NCBI GenBank assembly: GCA_016212695.1
Contig: JACREX010000022.1
Coordinates: 1 to 11,838 of the forward strand
Direction: 5' to 3'
Length of the DNA: 11,838 nt
From: Bacteroidia bacterium
GTDB taxonomy: Bacteria > Bacteroidota > Bacteroidia > Bacteroidales > GWF2-35-48
Numbering within the stretch: the stretch's first letter is position 1; the number at the start of each line of letters is the position of its first letter. Positions 6,261 through 11,838 of the stretch are shown here, piece by piece. The notes under the pieces are model-generated. The model was given only the letters and a program-made list of their open reading frames with translations, was not told where the DNA came from and did no database searches. The translations under genes and the position numbers were made by a program.

Positions 6261-8315
6261 ATGAATTATTTATCAGAACACTGGGGGATGATACTAATCA
6301 TCTTCTGTTTATTGATTGTCTTTTTTAAGACCTTTGTAATTGTCGGTGGCCGCGAGATTGCTATTCTCGAACGAAGATGGTTTGGTAAGGATATGCCCAA
6401 AGGAAGAGTTATTGCCATGTCGAATGAAATGGGCATACAGGCCAGAACACTCGGCCCGGGTTTACATCTATTGATACCTTTTATCTATAAGGCAAAAAAA
6501 ATGCCTTTTACCTTTATTGCTGAAGACCAGGTGGGTATTATTGAATCTATTGATGGCGATTCAATTCCTCCCGGCAAGATTTTTGCCAGAGTGGTACCTG
6601 ATCATAATTCTTTTCAGGATTCTGAAGCATTCTTAAAAAACGGCGGCGAAAAAGGTCCGCAGATACAGATACTGGCCCCGGGAACCTACAGGATTAACCT
6701 TGTTTTATTTAAAATAAAAACAGTTCCTGCTATTGTGATAGATCGCGGTAAAGTGGGTATTGTAACTTCAATGGACGGCGATCCGATTGTTTCCGGACGC
6801 TTGCTTGCTCAAAGAGTGGAAGGACATTCAAAATTCGAAGACGGCGCAGCTTTTCTTGACAATCACGGGCAAAAAGGACCGCAGATCGAAATTTTACTTC
6901 CCGGCACCTATCGTATTAATACCGATTTATTTCATGTTGAAATCCGTGATGCAGCGATCATCCCTTCCGGAAAAGTTGGTCTGGTTACAGCGCTTGACGG
7001 CGTTCCTTTGCCTCAGACTGAATATGTAGCCAAATCGGTGACAGGCCACAGCGATTACCAGGATGCATCCAAGTTCCTTGCAGCCGGAGGCCAGAGAGGG
7101 CCGCAACTCGATGTGCTGAAACCCGGTACGTATTATATCAACATGCTCATGTTCCAGATTGAATTAGATAATGTCGCCATCATAGAAAGAGGCCAGGTAG
7201 CCGTGGTTGTTTCAAATGTCGGCGAAGAACCGAGCCAGATCAAAGAATTAATTGAAATCACGGCCAAAGAAGAAGGAGCAACCAATGTTGCCGATCGTGC
7301 CAAACAAACTGAAAGGCGTCTTGCCGCAGGTATTGAAAGATATGTCGTACCGCAGGGTTACAGGGGTATCCAGCAGGAAGTAACAGGTCCGGGCATCTAT
7401 TATCTGAATCGCAGAGCATTCATTATTTATATTATTGATACCACAAATATTACCATTGACTGGGACGAAGCTACCGATACCAAGTTCGACCCGCTGAAAG
7501 TGATTTCCTGCGACGGATTCGAGATCAGCGTTTCCGTGAAAGTAATCATCCGCGTCAGGCCCGATCAGGCCCCTTACATGGTTGCTAAAATCGGTAGTAT
7601 AGATAACTTGATCCAGCATGTGATCCATCCTATGATTGACTCCAGTTTCCGCAACCAGGCATCCTCCACCTCTGCCATGAATTTTATGCAGGACCGGCAG
7701 GAAGAGCAGAAGAAAGCCGAGGACCGCGCCAGGCTTGAGCTTGAAAAATATCACGTAGAATGTGTTTCTGTACTCATTTGTCAGATCAAACTACCGCAGG
7801 ATCTGATGGACACGCAAACTATGAAAATAATCGCACAGCAGCAACAGGCAATGTACCAGGAACAGCAAAAAGCAGAACAAACCCGTATTGCTACTGAAAA
7901 AACCAGATCAGAAGCAGATCAGCAGAAAAATCTTGTTGAAGCAGAAATTGGCGTTAAGATAGCCGAACAAAATAAAATGAAAGCCATACGATTTGCCGAA
8001 GGAGAAGCTGAGAGTATAAGGCTTCGCGCAGAAGGAGAAGCAAAAGGAATCACTGTAAAAGGACAGGCCGAAGGAGCTAAAATCCTTGCCATAGGCGAAG
8101 CGACAGCAAAAGCTTATACCCTGCAATGCCAGTCTCTCGGGCAGGAAAGCGTAACTGCTATAGAAATATCAAAACAGATCGCTGAAGGTAAAGTTAAAGT
8201 AACTCCCGATATGCTTGTGCAGGGGGGAGACAACCTGGGCGGCATCCTTTCAGCCTATCTTACTCAGAAAATGACAGGAAAAAATCCGGATGCAAATCAA
8301 ATTTCAAAAAGTTAA
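6261..8315 (+). CDS. Flotillin-like SPFH/Band-7 protein (YqiK/FloT family): N-terminal TM anchor, repeated N-terminal segments, SPFH core and EA-rich coiled-coil C-terminus
   Basis: There is a TM helix at aa 10-28. An SPFH core (..FDPLKVISCDGFEISVSVKVIIRVRPDQAPYMVAKIG..IQHVIHPMIDSSFRNQASSTSAMNFMQDRQ..) is followed by a Gln/Glu/Ala/Lys-rich coiled coil with flotillin-type repeats (AEGEAESIRLRAEGEAKG..AEGAKILAIGEATAKAY). The gap to the upstream gene is 58 nt. Confidence 0.85.
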   Translation: MNYLSEHWGMILIIFCLLIVFFKTFVIVGGREIAILERRWFGKDMPKGRVIAMSNEMGIQARTLGPGLHLLIPFIYKAKKMPFTFIAEDQVGIIESIDGDSIPPGKIFARVVPDHNSFQDSEAFLKNGGEKGPQIQILAPGTYRINLVLFKIKTVPAIVIDRGKVGIVTSMDGDPIVSGRLLAQRVEGHSKFEDGAAFLDNHGQKGPQIEILLPGTYRINTDLFHVEIRDAAIIPSGKVGLVTALDGVPLPQTEYVAKSVTGHSDYQDASKFLAAGGQRGPQLDVLKPGTYYINMLMFQIELDNVAIIERGQVAVVVSNVGEEPSQIKELIEITAKEEGATNVADRAKQTERRLAAGIERYVVPQGYRGIQQEVTGPGIYYLNRRAFIIYIIDTTNITIDWDEATDTKFDPLKVISCDGFEISVSVKVIIRVRPDQAPYMVAKIGSIDNLIQHVIHPMIDSSFRNQASSTSAMNFMQDRQEEQKKAEDRARLELEKYHVECVSVLICQIKLPQDLMDTQTMKIIAQQQQAMYQEQQKAEQTRIATEKTRSEADQQKNLVEAEIGVKIAEQNKMKAIRFAEGEAESIRLRAEGEAKGITVKGQAEGAKILAIGEATAKAYTLQCQSLGQESVTAIEISKQIAEGKVKVTPDMLVQGGDNLGGILSAYLTQKMTGKNPDANQISKS
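6429..7142 (+). repeat. Intragenic tandem repeats (~222 nt / ~74 aa, 3 clear copies plus degenerate flanking copies) in the N-terminal region of the flotillin-like protein
   Basis: The protein segments EKGPQIQILAPGTYRIN..GKVGIVTSMDGDPI..GHSKFEDGAAFL, QKGPQIEILLPGTYRIN..GKVGLVTALDGVPL..GHSDYQDASKFL and QRGPQLDVLKPGTYYIN..GQVAVVVSNVG align with each other. They also align with the first copy MGIQARTLGPGLHLLIP.. and a fifth RGIQQEVTGPGIYYLN at ~7359-7403. DNA copies are diverged (e.g. aaaggtccgcagatacagatactggccccgggaacctacaggattaac at 6651 versus aaaggaccgcagatcgaaattttacttcccggcacctatcgtattaat at 6873). Confidence 0.75.
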
Positions 8316-8337
8316 TTCATAAAATAATGTGATTTGA

Positions 8338-8366
8338 AAGCCGCTGAAAAAGCGGCTTTTTTTTTA
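8338..8366 (+). terminator. Rho-independent terminator downstream of the flotillin-like gene
   Basis: A perfect 9-bp stem AAAGCCGCT (8338-8346) pairs with AGCGGCTTT (8352-8360) around the loop GAAAA, and is followed by a T-run through 8366. Confidence 0.8.
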
Positions 8367-8397
8367 AAGCGGCAATCGTTTTTTTCAAAATATATAG

Positions 8398-8405
8398 TAA
8401 ATTTG
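8398..8405 (+). promoter_or_regulatory. Candidate -7 element TAAATTTG (TAnnTTTG) for the peptidase gene
   Basis: It is an exact match to the Bacteroidetes -7 consensus, 36 nt upstream of the TTG at 8441. The -33 region reads TTTC (8383-8386), 11 nt upstream, rather than TTTG, and is too close for a -33 element. Confidence 0.3.
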
Positions 8406-8440
8406 AATGAATTTAACAAGATTCAACACAGGCTAAGATT

Positions 8441-9829
8441 TTGAACACACCAACGTTGGAAACAGCAACTCAAAATAATATTCCATCTTTTACTAATAAT
8501 GGCTACTCCATTACTTTATTAAACCGGAAATTTTTTTTTAACTGCCCGATACTAATTTCATTCATTTTATTTTTCTTTGTTCTTCCTGTTCAATCGCAGG
8601 AAAAAAGCCTGTTTACACAACTGAAGGAATTACCCGGGGTTGAGATTAAAAAAGTTAAAACAGGCGAAAATTTTAAAGAGAATTTTATTCTGTATATAGA
8701 GCAGCCACTGGACCATAAAAACCCTGATGGTAAAAAATTCAGGCAACGTGTTTTTTTATCTCACAGGGATACATCGGCGCCGGTAGTCATCGTTATTGAA
8801 GGCTATGATGCCAATAATGCAGAGCAGCCTGATTACGAAAGCGATTTCGGGCCTAAATTTGAAGCAAATCAGATCGTGGTTGAGCACAGGTATTACGGAA
8901 AGTCCAAACCGGATACCTTAGAGTGGAAGTATCTTACCCTTGAACAAAGCGCAGCGGATTACCATGTCGTTCATGTATTATTACATAATATTTTCAGAAA
9001 CAAATGGATATCCACAGGAATAAGCAAAGGCGGCCAGGAAGCCCTGTGCTATCGCGCATATTATCCAGATGATGTTACAGCAACTGTGGCCTATGTCGCT
9101 TCTTTTAACAAGGAACTTGAAGATTCGCGGCTCGATACGTTTCTTGCAAAAGCCGGTGAAAAAAAATGCAGGGATAAAATTTATAAATACCAGGTGAACC
9201 TGTTCCGGAACAAAGAAAAAATGTTACAGGAATTTACAAGCAGCCTGCAAAAAATGGATGTCAGACTCAGCGTGGATGCAGAAATTATATTTGATTACAT
9301 GACGCTCGAATTTCCATTCTCCTTCTGGCAATATGACTGCGATTGCAATAATATTCCCGAAAAACTTTTACCTCCCACCGAGATGATACAGGTATTGTTA
9401 AAAGTAGTATATGCAGACTACTATTCCAGTAAGGGAATTACCGACAATGAGCCGGCCTTTTATCAGGACTATACCGAATTGGGTTTTTATAAATATAATA
9501 CAAAGCCATTCTATGGTTACCTTAAACAAAAAGAGTATCCGAATAACTTCTTTGCTCCTAAAAATACAGATTTAACGTATAGGCCGGAAACAATCAAAAA
9601 AGTAAAGGAGTTCATCCGGACACAGGGCGACCGGATTGTTTATATTTACGGAGATATGGATCCATGGACCGCTTGTGCAGTGGAAATAAACGGAAATTCC
9701 GATGCATTAAAAATTATTAAAAAAGGAGGAAATCATTTAACATTTATCGAGAATTTACCTGTTGAACAAAAAACACTCGTATATTCGGCATTAGAAAGAT
9801 GGTTGGGTATTAAAATTAAAAAAGAATGA
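8441..9829 (+). CDS. Secreted alpha/beta-hydrolase serine peptidase, S28/S37-like family. Start codon uncertain (TTG at 8441 or 8456; no ATG before the signal peptide).
   Basis: The QPLDHKNP...FRQRVFL motif near the N-terminus is characteristic of S28-type peptidases. The GxSxGG nucleophile elbow is present as GISKGGQ. A hydrophobic signal-like stretch PILISFILFFFVLPVQSQ lies ~35 aa into the ORF. The ORF-track start is TTG. A T9 homopolymer (8531-8539) lies within the N-terminal codons. Confidence 0.65.
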   Translation: MNTPTLETATQNNIPSFTNNGYSITLLNRKFFFNCPILISFILFFFVLPVQSQEKSLFTQLKELPGVEIKKVKTGENFKENFILYIEQPLDHKNPDGKKFRQRVFLSHRDTSAPVVIVIEGYDANNAEQPDYESDFGPKFEANQIVVEHRYYGKSKPDTLEWKYLTLEQSAADYHVVHVLLHNIFRNKWISTGISKGGQEALCYRAYYPDDVTATVAYVASFNKELEDSRLDTFLAKAGEKKCRDKIYKYQVNLFRNKEKMLQEFTSSLQKMDVRLSVDAEIIFDYMTLEFPFSFWQYDCDCNNIPEKLLPPTEMIQVLLKVVYADYYSSKGITDNEPAFYQDYTELGFYKYNTKPFYGYLKQKEYPNNFFAPKNTDLTYRPETIKKVKEFIRTQGDRIVYIYGDMDPWTACAVEINGNSDALKIIKKGGNHLTFIENLPVEQKTLVYSALERWLGIKIKKE

Positions 9830-9854
9830 GTCCACTCCGAAAAGTCCAAAATTG

Positions 9855-9927
9855 TGGAATATTGGAAAAATGGAATATTGGAAACACCTATTATTCCAGC
9901 ATTCCAAAATTCCATTATTCCTTTTTT
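9855..9927 (+). terminator. Long nested palindromic hairpin followed by a T7 run; probable intrinsic terminator after the peptidase gene, possibly also an operator
   Basis: Direct repeats GGAATATTGGAAA (9855-9867 and 9871-9883) are complemented by TTCCAGCATTCCA (9893-9905) and TTCCATTATTCC (9909-9920). The outer and inner arms pair into a ~30-bp imperfect stem. TTTTTTT follows at 9921-9927. Confidence 0.5.
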
Positions 9928-9970
9928 TACCCTGAAAAGTACTTTTTAGAGTAGGCTCAAGAATAAAATT

Positions 9971-10483
9971 ATGAATATGGAAAAGATAAGAGTTGTAAAA
10001 GGCGATATAACCAGGATTGAAGCAGATGCCATCGTGAATGCCGCGAATAATCCCCTGCTTGGCGGCGGCGGCGTTGACGGCGCTATTCACCGCGCTGCCG
10101 GCAAGGAACTTCTTATGGAATGCGAAACTCTCGGAGGCTGTCCTACAGGAGAAGCTAAGATTACCAAAGGATACAAACTGCCTGCAAAATATGTCATACA
10201 TACGGTGGGACCGATATGGAACGGAGGGAATAATAACGAAGCGGCGCTTCTTGAAAAATGTTATTTCAACAGTTTGAAATTAGCTGTGGAAAACAATATT
10301 AAAACAATTGCTTTTCCGAATATCAGCACGGGCGTTTACCGCTTTCCAAAAGACAAAGCCGCCCGGGTTGCAATAAATACAGTAAAGAAATTCTTATCGG
10401 AAAACAGTGCAATAAATACGGTGATATTTGTTGTTTTTGATGATGAAAACAGGGATATTTATTCCGGAATACTTAATTGCTGA
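9971..10483 (+). CDS. ymdB: Macro-domain protein, O-acetyl-ADP-ribose deacetylase (YmdB/MacroD family)
   Basis: The product aligns along its length with E. coli YmdB: [37 protein letters not shown]...CPTGEAKIT...HTVGPIW.GG...E..LL...Y.NSL.LA.....[13 protein letters not shown]. The 170-aa size fits a stand-alone macro domain. Confidence 0.9.
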   Translation: MNMEKIRVVKGDITRIEADAIVNAANNPLLGGGGVDGAIHRAAGKELLMECETLGGCPTGEAKITKGYKLPAKYVIHTVGPIWNGGNNNEAALLEKCYFNSLKLAVENNIKTIAFPNISTGVYRFPKDKAARVAINTVKKFLSENSAINTVIFVVFDDENRDIYSGILNC

Positions 10484-10515
10484 TTTGAGTTATAATGTTA
10501 CGTTTGCTTACCGGT

Positions 10516-10614
10516 GACTGACGACTGATGACTGACGACTGGACTGATGACTGACGACTGATGACTGACGACTGATGACTGACGACTGATGACTGACGAC
10601 TGATGACTGACGAC
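10516..10614. repeat. Heptanucleotide tandem repeat (GACTGAY)x14, i.e. about 7 copies of a 14-bp unit GACTGACGACTGAT, with one 5-nt unit at 10537-10541
   Basis: Direct reading gives gactgac/gactgat alternating from 10516 to 10611, with a single shortened unit (gactg) at 10537-10541. Confidence 0.9.
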
Positions 10615-10657
10615 AACGTATACTGCAAACGGTTACAAATTTAATTTTTATTCAAGA

Positions 10658-10733
10658 GACATTGTCAAATTGTTATATTGCTAAATTGTTATATTGCTAT
10701 ATTGCTAAATTGCTAAATTGCTAAATTGTTAAG
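10658..10733. repeat. Degenerate AT-rich tandem array, ~9 copies of a 7-9-bp unit (A)ATTG(C/T)TA(T), beginning with GACATTGTCAA
   Basis: The sequence reads gacattgtcaaattgttat-attgcta-aattgttat-attgct-atattgcta-aattgcta-aattgcta-aattgttaagc. Confidence 0.7.
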
Positions 10734-10743
10734 CGGATATTCA

Positions 10744-10808
10744 CAACAATTTAACCATTGAGCCATTCAACCATTCAGCCATTTAACAATGTCAACAATT
10801 TAACCATT
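10744..10808. repeat. Third short-repeat block: CCATTYAR units (x5-6) bracketed by a 13-bp direct repeat CAACAATTTAACC (10744-10756 and 10790-10802)
   Basis: The sequence reads caacaatttaacc-attgag-ccattcaa-ccattcag-ccatttaa-caatgt-caacaatttaacc-atttaaag. AACAATTT is the reverse complement of the AAATTGTT unit of the preceding array, and ACAATGTCAA is the reverse complement of TTGACATTGT, so the preceding array's leading GACATTGTCAA shares only the ACATTGT/GACATTGT core in inverted orientation. Confidence 0.6.
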
Positions 10809-10851
10809 TAAAGTATAATTGTCTTGCTTCCCTTAGATTTTCTTACAGGAT

Positions 10852-10883
10852 TTTGAATAATCAGTAAAATTTGCTTAATTTTG
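10852..10883 (+). promoter_or_regulatory. Candidate Bacteroidetes sigma-A-type promoter for the DUF4160-DUF2442-HicB-like module
   Basis: TTTG at 10852-10855 and TAATTTTG at 10876-10883 are 20 nt apart. The predicted TSS near 10890 gives a ~27-nt leader to the ATG at 10917. Confidence 0.4.
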
Positions 10884-10916
10884 TATATTATTAATTTGAT
10901 TAACAGGTTAAACAAA

Positions 10917-11174
10917 ATGCCGGAAGTAAGCAGATTTTACGGAATAATAATAATGATGTATTGGCAGGAGCACAATCCGCCGCATTTTCATGCCGAATAC
11001 CAGGGATACAAGATGGTGGTTAATATTTCCACCCTTGAAACTAAGGGAGAATTTCCCAAAAGAGCCAAAGCGTTGGTTTTTGAATGGCTTAGCCTGCATA
11101 GAGAAGAGTTGTTGAAAAACTGGGAACTTGCTTTACTTAGTAAACCTATTGAAAGCATAAACCCATTAGATTAA
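10917..11174 (+). CDS. DUF4160-family small protein (conserved PPHFH motif)
   Basis: MPEVSRFYGIIIMMYWQEHNPPHFHAEYQGYKMVVNI.. matches the typical DUF4160 N-terminus (MP..S.F.GI.I.MY..EH.PPHFHA.Y). The start is placed at ATG 10917 rather than the ORF-track 10881 because family members begin MP.VS and the promoter -7 box overlaps 10881. Confidence 0.75.
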   Translation: MPEVSRFYGIIIMMYWQEHNPPHFHAEYQGYKMVVNISTLETKGEFPKRAKALVFEWLSLHREELLKNWELALLSKPIESINPLD

Positions 11175-11179
11175 TTACT

Positions 11180-11428
11180 ATGGATGATAATCATAATAAA
11201 ATGGTTGCTGTAACAGCAGTAAAAACACTCGACGACTTTAATATAGAACTTACTTTTGATGATGGTTGTACTAAAGTGGTTGACTTAAAACCGTTTTTAA
11301 ATAAACCCATTACGAAGCCATTAAAAAAGCCTGATTATTTTGCCCGGGTAAAGATTGATAGTTGCGGAGGAATATATTGGCCAAACACTTATGATATTTG
11401 TCCTGAATTTTTAAGGTATCATATTTAA
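11180..11428 (+). CDS. DUF2442-family small protein, translationally coupled to the DUF4160 gene (5-nt gap)
   Basis: ..VKTLDDFNIELTFDDGCTKVVDLKPFL......PLKKPDYFARVKID.CGGIYWPNTYDICPEFLY fits the DUF2442 pattern (l.l.F.DG....vDl.....PL.d...F..v.....g.i.WPng.Di.Pe.LY). It is the usual genomic partner of DUF4160. Confidence 0.75.
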   Translation: MDDNHNKMVAVTAVKTLDDFNIELTFDDGCTKVVDLKPFLNKPITKPLKKPDYFARVKIDSCGGIYWPNTYDICPEFLRYHI

Positions 11429-11471
11429 TAAAACTTTTTAAAACAGGCACAACTTAAAACGGAGGATTAAT

Positions 11472-11687
11472 ATGGTAAAATATGTAGTTGTATTCGAAAA
11501 AACGGAAACAGGCTACAGCGCCTATGTTCCCGATTTACCGGGTTGCGTTGCAACAGGAAAGACAAAGAGCATTACTGAAAAATATATTGTTGAAGCTATT
11601 CAATTTCACTTGGAAGGATTAAGAGAAGAAAAAATAAAAATCCCGATTCAAAAAACCGATACCGAAACCTTTGTTTTTGCTGTATAA
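11472..11687 (+). CDS. HicB-like antitoxin-family protein (UPF0150/HicB N-terminal RNase-H-like domain only); no HicA gene detectable nearby
   Basis: YSAYVPDLPGCVATGKT.......I.EAIQFHLEGL is the hallmark HicB N-domain. At 71 aa it lacks a C-terminal RHH/HTH DNA-binding domain. A strong Shine-Dalgarno GGAGGA lies 8 nt upstream of the ATG, which is atypical for this window. Confidence 0.8.
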   Translation: MVKYVVVFEKTETGYSAYVPDLPGCVATGKTKSITEKYIVEAIQFHLEGLREEKIKIPIQKTDTETFVFAV

Positions 11688-11767
11688 AGCAAAAAAGAAA
11701 GGCTCTTATCTAATTGATGGTTGATTAATAATTTTTGCTTACCTTTGGCACAAATATTAAATATACG

Positions 11768-11838
11768 ATGACTACGAAAGAACATATATTTGCACTTTTC
11801 AAGATTCTACCTGATACGGAAAGGCAGGAGCTATTGCA
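11768..11838 (+). CDS. 5' end of an unidentified ORF (MTTKEHIFALFKILPDTERQELL...) running off the window
   Basis: An ATG at 11768 opens a reading frame that continues to the window edge. There is no recognisable motif in the 23 aa visible. Confidence 0.25.
   Translation, partial: MTTKEHIFALFKILPDTERQELL

Noticed and set aside
6787-7029. 80-aa + strand ORF in an alternate frame
   Set aside because: It lies inside the flotillin-like gene in a different frame. The main frame is strongly supported by the SPFH and repeat motifs.
7248-8126. 168-aa and 72-aa minus-strand ORFs
   Set aside because: They are antisense to the flotillin-like CDS.
9733-10201. 60-aa and 136-aa minus-strand ORFs across the peptidase 3' end, palindrome and macro-domain gene
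   Set aside because: They are antisense to two well-supported genes and span an intergenic palindrome. The 79-aa + ORF at 10038-10277 is likewise an alternate frame of the macro-domain gene.
9971-10483. Macro-domain protein as a DarG-type antitoxin (DarTG)
   Set aside because: The protein is a 170-aa stand-alone YmdB/MacroD-like macro domain with no C-terminal DarT-binding domain, and no DarT-like gene is adjacent.
10516-10808. Possibility that the tandem repeats are a CRISPR array
   Set aside because: The units are 7-9 bp with no unique spacers between them. CRISPR repeats are ~28-37 bp separated by spacers of similar length, and no cas genes are present in the window.
10908-11099. 63-aa minus-strand ORF
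   Set aside because: It is antisense to the DUF4160 gene, which carries the conserved PPHFH motif on the + strand.

Overview
This window reads as a Bacteroidota-type chromosomal segment: it is AT-rich, genes have almost no Shine-Dalgarno sequences, and there are several matches to the Bacteroidetes sigma-A promoter pattern TTTG...TAnnTTTG. All supported genes are on the + strand and fall into four modules. (1) A Lol-like envelope transporter operon: a truncated or frameshifted LolA-like lipoprotein-sorting gene at the window edge, two ~405-aa FtsX-type permeases with LolC/LolE topology, a separate LolD/MacB-type ABC ATPase, and a tightly linked predicted outer-membrane beta-barrel. (2) After a scar region holding a dead TPR gene remnant and a very long near-perfect hairpin: a secreted beta-barrel-like protein, a 684-aa flotillin/YqiK-family SPFH protein with internal ~74-aa tandem repeats, and a clean intrinsic terminator. 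(3) An S28/S37-like serine peptidase with an uncertain TTG start, followed by a long nested palindromic terminator, then a YmdB/MacroD-type macro-domain protein. (4) An unusual ~330-bp intergenic region with three different short tandem-repeat arrays, directly upstream of a compact DUF4160-DUF2442-HicB-like three-gene module. This last module is the most likely uncharacterised system in the window: a HicB-type antitoxin with no HicA, linked to a conserved pair of proteins of unknown function. No rRNA, tRNA or CRISPR array was identified. All minus-strand ORFs in the track are antisense to well-supported + strand genes and are judged spurious.
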